Under the pieces are notes generated by a model. That model did not search any database. It saw nothing but the letters and a program-made list of their open reading frames with translations, and was not told the origin of the DNA. A stretch of DNA of 64,000 bases from assembly GCA_034780895.1 (NCBI GenBank), contig JAUZTB010000001.1:109464729-109528728 (forward strand), in the 5' to 3' direction. The translations under genes were made by a program, and so were the position numbers. Source of the stretch: Rhynchobatus australiae (taxonomy: Eukaryota). Of the stretch, positions 56,061-64,000 are shown piece by piece (the stretch's first letter is position 1; every line of letters begins with the position of its first letter).

Positions 56061-56519
56061 ATGTTGCTTTCCATTCAGTAAACTATTTTTTTCCTATTAT
56101 AAAGTTGATGTTATTACTCTAAATCTTGACCCATGATGTCACAATGTTACATTAGAAAATGTTAGATAAACATTTACAAAACAAAGTCAACATTAAAATT
56201 GTAACATATACTTGTAATAAATATGTGACACCACTAGATGATGCCATCATGGTTCTGTTCTTGCTAGTAAATACTGGCAATTCTGAACAGAAGAGATGGC
56301 ATTTATCTGTTTAAGTGGAAACAAGTCCATGACTTCTGCAGATGTGTTACAGACTTATTGCTGGATTCCCCAGCACTTTAGGTTGATTTCATTAAGGATT
56401 GTAGACCTACAGAGAAGCAAGGGAAAAGTAAATATGTCTTACTTATTTAGGTTTAGTTCAAAGCTTTTAATTATTCATGTGTGTTTTTTTTAAAAAGTGG
56501 GCAGAATCATACTTATACA

Positions 56520-56700
56520 AGAGATTCTGGAGATGCTGGAATCTGGAGCAACGCACACAAAATGCTGGAGGAACTCAGCAGGTCAGGCAGCATCTATGGA
56601 GGGAAATAAACAAAAGGAGGAGTCCTGATGAAGGGTCTCGACTGTTTATTTCCCTCTGTAGATGCTGCTGAGCTCCCCCAGCATTTTGTGTGGATTCTGC
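56520..56700. repeat. Penelope-derived inverted repeat with truncated hammerhead core
   Basis: Arms 56554-56612 and 56643-56692 are imperfect reverse complements; the spacer contains gtcCTGATGAagggtctcg. Confidence 0.75.
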
Positions 56701-58738
56701 AAGGCCAGTTTAAAACACGCATACTTCTGAAAAGGCGAATTATAAAGCCAAAACCGGATGCCTCACTGTGAAACACTTTGTATCACAAAGGATGCTATAT
56801 AAATTCAAGCAGTTGTTGCTTAATGCTTAACTTGTAATCAGTGCTGGAATTTGTATGTTCTGAGCTGATGAGTAACGTGGATGGGTGTGCCATACGCTGA
56901 GTTTACTCTCTGATTGTGGGAAGAGTTTGCTATTCCTGTAAGCTGATTATTGGCATTCAGCGGCCAAAAGCTGTTTCACAGCATTCCGCGATGCAGTAAT
57001 CATTAAACAGAACATTTCTCAGGAGAAAGAAAAACTTACTGCACCTTGTGATTTGTGGGGGCTGTAGGCTAGTTATAATAATATGTTTGTTACCCTACAC
57101 TCCAGGAAAATAAAGCTTTTATTGTACTTTAGACACTGCACAGGAATGATACTAGTTTTAAATAATTACAGGTTGGGATCTTTCTTGTGCTTTTCACCTT
57201 TAACTTGTTCCTTTGACTAAAAGCATAATATATTCTGTTTTTCATGCCAGTCGTACAGTTTGTAGANNNNNNNNNNNNNNNNNNNNNNNNNNNNNNNNNN
57301 NNNNNNNNNNNNNNNNNNNNNNNNNNNNNNNNNNNNNNNNNNNNNNNNNNNNNNNNNNNNNNNNNNTTTGAATTTCCAATGGAGTCTCCTATTGGTTAGT
57401 ACATTTTCATAGATATAAAATAGTCTCCTCTAGAATCCTGATTCCTCCTGATTTGATCTAGTTACCCATGCCCCTCTCAAAGTGCATTCATAAATCAGTT
57501 CAAGGTTGGTGCTGTTGAGATTCTGCATACTTTAAGACTAATAACACATCTAGTGTCCTTAAGTTTGAGTAAGTGGCATTGTCTGCAGTGAGATGTCCCT
57601 GTCTATTTGCAATTGAGGTTGGACAAGAAAAACATCAGAAAGTTCTTGTTTATATCTGTTAAAATCAAATTCTGGATATATTGGAGTTGTGACTTTAAAG
57701 ACATGACATTAAAGCAAGTCTACGCTGCTAAGGGTACAGGATGAGAAGTAGGCTTGTCAGACTCCAGAAGTAATGGTGTGGCAACATGAAGGAGAGGTAC
57801 ACCTAATGGATGGGTAACTTAAACTAGATGAGGGTTTTTGAACAAATTTTGACAACCGAGAAAAGGTAATAAGAAAGCATGACATGATTAACTGACATAT
57901 GGCAGCTGAGAAATGGAATAGGGAGGAGAGATAAAGCACCATGGTGCTACTGCTGCTATTTTCTTAAATGATATGGAATCAAAAATGCAGTTTCAAAATT
58001 TGCCAGTGACTCCAAATTAAAGATCTACTTGATTCTGAGGAAGACTGACTTCAGGTTTCGAAACCACAATTTCTTCATAAACCCAAGTGGACATTTGGGC
58101 TGATAACATCAAAGCTTTATGCACCACTGTCAACAGCTGACTGTGTGAAACTGGTGTTGACCCCAGGGTAGGACTTGTTGATATGGATGTGCACAGCTGA
58201 AGCTGACTTCAAACATCATGATCCTGGATCTTGTTCAATTAGTTGGCACGCTCAGGATAGGATCACCACAAAGCTTGAGCTAAGGGCAAGTTCTTGCACA
58301 CAAACTTGGGTAGTACGTTTTGTCATGGATTTGTACGAAGAAAATTTGAGCTAAATGTCCATCTGTTTTTTCCCATCAATCTAATCTAAATGTGGGGCAA
58401 ACCTAATCTGTTTTTACACTATTATTCAAGCTCTTCCACAATTTAGCTTTACCAAAAATCCAAGATTATTTTTGTTATTACTTCTGCAGATATACTTCAA
58501 ATAAAAGTNNNNNNNNNNNNNNNNNNNNNNNNNNNNNNNNNNNNNNNNNNNNNNNNNNNNNNNNNNNNNNNNNNNNNNNNNNNNNNNNNNNNNNNNNNNN
58601 NNNNNNNNTGAATTCTCCCATAGGCAAGTCCAGTATTTATCAGTATGAAGATAAAACCTTCTAGTGAATGACAATAGTTGTTTGGCAGTTAATCACTGAA
58701 GTGGGACAGGCAGCAATCACCAACCCATCATGTCTCAC

Positions 58739-58871
58739 CTGTTGTTGCATATGGAGGTGAAGGTCCTGTATCGGTTTGACCAACAGTCGTCAGCACAGAC
58801 TGGAGGCTGACGTACGGCTTGACACCCTGTGACTTTTGCAATGACGTCCAGGTCATTCGGTGATAACAAAT
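58739..58871 (-). CDS. MPO/EPX-like heme peroxidase, next exon (DLLSPNDLDVIAKVTGCQAVRQPPVCADDCWSNRYRTFTSICNNR)
   Basis: 133 nt, cag/gtgaga, phase 1-2, in frame with the previous exon. YRT.T..CNNR motif of animal heme peroxidases. Confidence 0.9.
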
Positions 58872-59433
58872 CTGCAGGATACATACACTCATTACCAGTC
58901 CTAATTAGTGAAAGATTCACACCAGCTAACCAGCAAACTCACTTTCAGTTACATCAGGATCAGTAGAAATTACAAAAGACTTCCTAGTTATCTATAAGTG
59001 GCAATAATAGTCATTCACCTGACTTAACGGTGTAGCACTGTAGATTCTTATCACCCATCACGCTCTGAGAGTGTGCATTTGTCTTGCACTTTTGCCTCTT
59101 TTGAGTGAAATTAGCTGATTTAATCTCTGTTCCACTCAAGTACTCATGTAAAGCACCACACACCAATTAACAAACAGGTTGCTGACTTGGTGACTGCATT
59201 ACTTCTCATGTTGGACGATAGCAAGAGTTGACCACAAATGACGGAAATGGTTCTCACAGGGTACTGACCTGCTGCACTTACTGGTGTGAATGTAGTTGTT
59301 TATGATGGTTGACATCAATAGACTGTCTGTGCAGGAATCATTGAATTAAAACCCCATTGATGTTGCAACTAGGTGAATGAGTCATGGGCAAAGAGTGTTT
59401 CCTCTAGATATTCCTCACCTATTTTAAACTAAC

Positions 59434-59609
59434 CTGATGCATTGAATGAGCGCTTGTGGATTCGATGGATATGGTCTTGGACCTGTTGCAACACATTTTC
59501 TGTGTATTCTGCTGCTCTCACTGCAAGCCTGGTCTCTGCCATAGGGTGCTTGAAGAAGCGCAGTAGGTCACCTGGAGTCAAGGATCTTTTGTGCAGCCGC
59601 TCTTTATGC
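59434..59609 (-). CDS. MPO/EPX-like heme peroxidase, propeptide exon (HKERLHKRSLTPGDLLRFFKHPMAETRLAVRAAEYTENVLQQVQDHIHRIHKRSFNAS)
   Basis: 176 nt, tag/gttagt, phase 2-1. LL.FFK.P.A.TR.AVRAA.Y and R.FN motifs of the MPO/EPX/LPO propeptide; size equals my recollection of human MPO exon 3. Confidence 0.88.
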
Positions 59610-60419
59610 CTAGAGGTAGATAAAATAAAAATATATTTGTAAACAGAATACTTCAAATAAAAGTCAAGCCATTCCTGGATGAATCTCAAAAAAATAAAAA
59701 TTGTGGTCCTAAAATACAGCCTGGAGAAAAGCCATTTGGCCCAGGGTCATGCCAGTGTCACCACTTGCAGAGCTATCCATTTTGTGCTCCACTCATTCCT
59801 CAAATCACTGGGTGACTTCCCTTCATGTATTTATCCAATTCCCTCGTTATTTTTCAATTTTTCATAATCCTTTTACTGAGTGTGTTTCAGCACTCTTAAG
59901 TATTTTATTTCTAATGTTTCCTTGTTCTTCCAATTACTTTAAGTTGGTCTGTCTTGTGAACATTTCTTCTGTTACTGGAATTTTTTTCCAATCCAGCAAA
60001 GCTCTTAATTATTTTGCATGACTATAAAGCTGCAAGTTCTCTGGTTATCCACATAACTTAGAATGCCACTAGAAAGCGCATTTAATAAATCTCAATACTT
60101 TCTCAAGAGCCTTCAACTGATAACAAACTAGTGTTTTATAAAGACTTTGTATAATTTCCTTGCTTTTGTACTCTGCCTTTTTATAAAGCCATATCCCATC
60201 TGCCTTTTTACAGCCTTTCACCTTGTCCTACTAACTTTCAACAATTTGTATATTTGCTGATTTTAAGTATGTACTAATTAGTTTATATTGTCTTCTACCA
60301 TAATAAATTGCTTCCTATTTCCTTTCATTAAATCTTGTATCATGCTCATTTTACTGGTGTCTTGTACTATCTTGATTATTTCTAACATTTTCTTCGTCGT
60401 GGTTATGTCTAAACTTTAA

Positions 60420-60669
60420 ATTTTTAAAAAATTTATTTACAGCGTGATAACAGGCCCTTCTGGCCCAGCAAGTCCACGCCGCCCATTTTAAACCCCAAAT
60501 TAACCTACCTGTACGTCTTTGGAATGTAGGAGGAAACTGGAGCACCCGGAGGAAACCCATGCAGACACGGGAGAACATACAAACTCCTTACAGGCAGCAG
60601 CGGGAATCGAACCCGGGTCGCTGGTGCTGTAATAACATCGTGCTAACCATTATACTACCGTGCTGCCCC
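60420..60669 (-). mobile_element. Well-preserved tRNA-derived V-SINE with CR1-like 3' tail
   Basis: Minus strand ggggcagcacggtag...gggttcgattccc (A/B boxes), V-domain, tail ctgggccagaagggcctgtt; CpGs retained. Confidence 0.9.
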
Positions 60670-62619
60670 ATGTAGCTTTGAAATGTAGTTCTATAACCCA
60701 CATCCAAATTTTTAACATATCTTTTAAAAAGACCAGTGATGACACCAACCCTAAGGGAACACTATTGAATTAACTCCTTCCAATCTGGAAAAGAAGCTAT
60801 TTGCCAATATTCTTCACTATGCCAATTTTATATCTAGGCAGCCAGTCCNNNNNNNNNNNNNNNNNNNNNNNNNNNNNNNNNNNNNNNNNNNAAACAAATC
60901 TAATTGAGATCAAATTAATGGTTCCTGCTTGCTTCATGAAGGACTGTAATGCAAAGTCAGAATATTACAGGACAGGGAGAGAGGCAAGAACAGTGCGGCC
61001 TTTTTTTGCACTTTCTTGCCTGCAAGACATTTTCTTCAAAGAGAATAAACCTTTTCTAAGAAGTCACCCCCTTCCTTTCATAAACTCCTCCAGTGTCATT
61101 ACTCCCTCTCTCTATATACAAATCCTCTCTTCCTCGAACACAAAGCTCTTTGGTGTGGTCTGTTAATCGCATCCCTAGGGAGGGTGTTAAAGCTAAACCC
61201 AATCTTGTGCTCAGCTAATGCCTCTCAGTTTTTTGGGGGATTTATTTGATATACTTGAAATTAATATATTTTGTAACTAAGATAAACCAATGTTGCATTT
61301 TACAGGAAAAAAAAGGGAGCATTATGAATTCTGTGAGAATTCATTTCATTATCTTAAACAAATATGCAATAATTCACCTCCAAGCATTGTTTTTCAAAAT
61401 CACAATTAACTGCAATGTCAAACAAGTTTTACTTGTTTTCTTCTCTTCTCTTGCCCAGTTCTGACAAAGATTACTGAAACATTAACTGATCTCTTTCCAC
61501 AGATGCTGCCTAACCTGAGTGTTTCCAGCATTTCATTCTCATTTCAGATTTCCAGTAGTTTTTCCTTTTTCTCTCGCATGTAGAACCTCCCCAGGTTACA
61601 GCAGGGTTCTGTTCTTGTGAACTGTTTGTAACCCAAGCAGTTTGAGAGTCAAATATGGCCACGAACCATCTTCCCATATGACAGAAGATGCTTGTAGCCC
61701 TGCAGCAACTGGCAAGTCCATCCTGCCGGTCTCCCAAATACTTGCTCGCATGTATGGACTGTACATATGTTGGGTGTTCATGACAAAAAGATATACCTGT
61801 ATTACCTCTTTAGTGGTTTGTATATATGAATGTATGTTTCTGTCCCATTTTAAAGATATAGTAAATAGGGATATTTTGATTTTTGCATTAAACTCCCACT
61901 TTCATAATAGACCTAAGACCTTATTTTGATTAGCAAATTGTCAAGCTCCTAAATTGGATGTCGTTGGCACATATATTGATGTTATCTATTCTGAAGTCCA
62001 CAATTTCTTTAAACAAGTGTGCAGTCTCCTGTGAATCAATGATCATCACCGAAGTTTTATTCAAAGACTCTATTGTTTTTTGCAAATAACTGTTTGGCTA
62101 TTATCCCTATCTTCAAGTCCCATACTTTGCCACTGTTTCCTAAAGTTATTTCTATAACACTTGTCGTCCATGATCTCTGAAAATCTTTAGATTTGGTTTC
62201 TAAACGTGCCCTAATTGGGGACAAAGTACATTATTCCACCCAGCTTTATAGATTCCAATAGGTTACAAACAACTGAAAATGGACCTATAATTTCCCAGTG
62301 TATCATTCTAAAGAGTCCTGTTTATTTTTCGATAAGAAAATAGACCAAGGCTGCTTTTATTTCCATCAGTTTCTTTTTCTGTCATTTTTGAAGGCAACCT
62401 AAGGCTAAGTTGTTTTGAGCTGTTTTCATAAATTGATTAGCTGGTGATACCTCAAGTGCATAGCATTTTCAAACACACTTGTAAGTAAAACATTTCCTTT
62501 TTTCAACTATGATTAGAGAGCTTAAAGAATTTTCCAGAATACAAAAGCCAGTTTCATTATATAAAGTTAGATAAGATACCATATGGAGAAGACTTGTAAC
62601 CAAGAATATTCTTTGGAAT

Positions 62620-64000
62620 TGGTTTGTTATTGTCACATGTACTGCGATATAGTGAAAAATTTAGTTTTGCATGCTATCCATACAAATCAATTCAAAACAT
62701 AAGTAGCTCGGTAGTACAAGGGCAAAGCAATAACAATGCAGAATTTATTGTTACAGTTAGAGTGCAGTGCAGATAGACAATAAGGTACAAGGGACATGAT
62801 GAGGTAGCTTGTGAGATCAAGAGTTCATCTTTAACATACTAGAGGTCCATTCAAGAGTCTTATAACAGTGGGATAGAAGCTGTTCTTGAGCCTGATGGTG
62901 TGTGTTTTCAAGCTATTGTATTTTCTGCCCAATGGAAGGGGGAGAAAAGAGAATGATTGAAGTGGGTTGGGTCTTTGATTATGTTGGCTGCTTCTGAGGC
63001 AGCAGGAAGTGTAGACAGTCCATGGAGGGAAGTCTGGTTTTTATGATGGACTGAGCTGTGTCCACAACTCTCTGCAATTTCTTTGCAGAGCAGTTGTCAT
63101 ACCAAGTTGAGTTACATCTGATAGGATGCTTTCTCTGGTGTATTTATTTTTAAAAATTGAGTGTTCTGACAAGTCGAATTTCAAAATTGAGCTTATTGTC
63201 ATATGCACAAGTACATGTATGCACAGGTGCAATGAAACTCACTTGCAGCAGCATCTCAAGCACATTGCATCATATAAGCAGCCTTCACAAGAAAAATATA
63301 AATTAAGCGTAAATTATACACAATTTTTACAAGAAAAAACATAGAACAAAAAAAAGTCAATTTTAGTGCAAAGTGGTCATAGTATTGCTGAACTGTAGTG
63401 ATTAAGGTTTTGCTGGTTGGTTCAAGAACTGAATGGTTGAAGGGAAGTGGCTGTTCTTGAACCTGGTGATGTGGTACTCCAGGCTTCTGTACTCCTGCCT
63501 GATAGTAGCTACACAAAGATGGCATGGCTTAAATGGTGGGGATCTTTGATACCCTTAGCCTTCTGGAGAAATAGAGTTGCACTTGTGTTTTCTTGGCCCT
63601 AGTGTCTACATGTTTGGACTAGGATAAGCTATTGGTGGTGATTACACCTAGGAACTTGAAGCTCACAACCTTATCCACCTCGGTACCATGTATACAGACC
63701 TGCTTTCTGAGGTCAATGACCAGCTCCTTTTGTTTTACTGACATTGAGGGAAAGGTTGTTGTCATGACATCATGCCACCAGGCTCTCTATCTCCTTCCTG
63801 TGCTCCATCTCATCAGGGAGATCCATCCCATTAAGGTGGTGTCATCTGCAAACTTGTAGATGGAGTTAGAATAGAACCTGACCCCATAATCGTGAGTGTG
63901 GAGGGACTAAAGTAAGGGGTTGAGGACTCAGCCTTGTGGGGCACCAGTGTTTAGGATAATTATGGTAGATGTGCTGCTGCCTATCCTTGATGATTGCGGT
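62620..64000 (-). mobile_element. Rex1/Babar-type LINE with a second Rex1-type 3' end nested at about 63182-63552
   Basis: Minus strand TGAPQG near 63945, FKFLGV near 63650, and two 3' tails of the form ttcactatatcgcagtacatgtgacaataa (62625-62660) and its relative (63190-63240). Confidence 0.8.

Noticed and set aside
56950-57010. SECIS-like AUGA...AAA...GA on the minus strand
   Set aside because: The AUGA-to-AAA spacing (about 23 nt) is too long and no selenoprotein gene is adjacent.
40861-58871. Peroxidase-ARID4A read-through fusion protein (same strand)
   Set aside because: The phase-2 peroxidase donor spliced to the 40915 acceptor reads S-DHNFELEAPK-stop, and splicing to the next phase-0 exon is out of frame.
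60590-60669. tRNA gene-like A/B boxes (also near 28430-28495)
   Set aside because: They are SINE heads continuing into a V-domain and LINE-derived tail, with no complete cloverleaf.
1-64000. Prokaryotic-type systems (CRISPR arrays, operons, defence islands)
   Set aside because: The window is intron-rich vertebrate DNA with no regularly spaced repeats or dense ORF arrays.

Overview
AT-rich, CpG-depleted vertebrate genomic DNA from a gapped draft assembly. The repeat complement (V-SINEs, Deu-SINEs, CR1, Rex1, RTE, Penelope) points to a cartilaginous fish; this is an inference. Most entries in the ORF track are spurious. Bases 1-42 kb hold the 5' part of ARID4A on the minus strand: ten coding exons (40866 to 2943; 894 nt, 298 aa, all GT-AG and phase-consistent) encoding the Tudor and RBB1NT/PWWP-like regions, with the ARID domain beyond the left edge. 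A CpG-island promoter at about 41.2-42.7 kb looks bidirectional and has a strong + strand splice donor, suggesting a divergent non-coding RNA. At 58.7-59.6 kb there are two intact minus-strand exons of an MPO/EPX-type heme peroxidase, with no other peroxidase exons found. They sit in a 1.14-kb block bracketed by an exact 17-bp direct repeat, which is either an inserted gene fragment or a scaffolding artefact. The rest is old transposon debris, including a solo LTR with a 5-bp target-site duplication inside a Harbinger transposase fossil, Penelope remnants with decayed hammerhead-ribozyme cores, and two V-SINEs with different LINE-derived tails. I found no convincing wholly new biological system.
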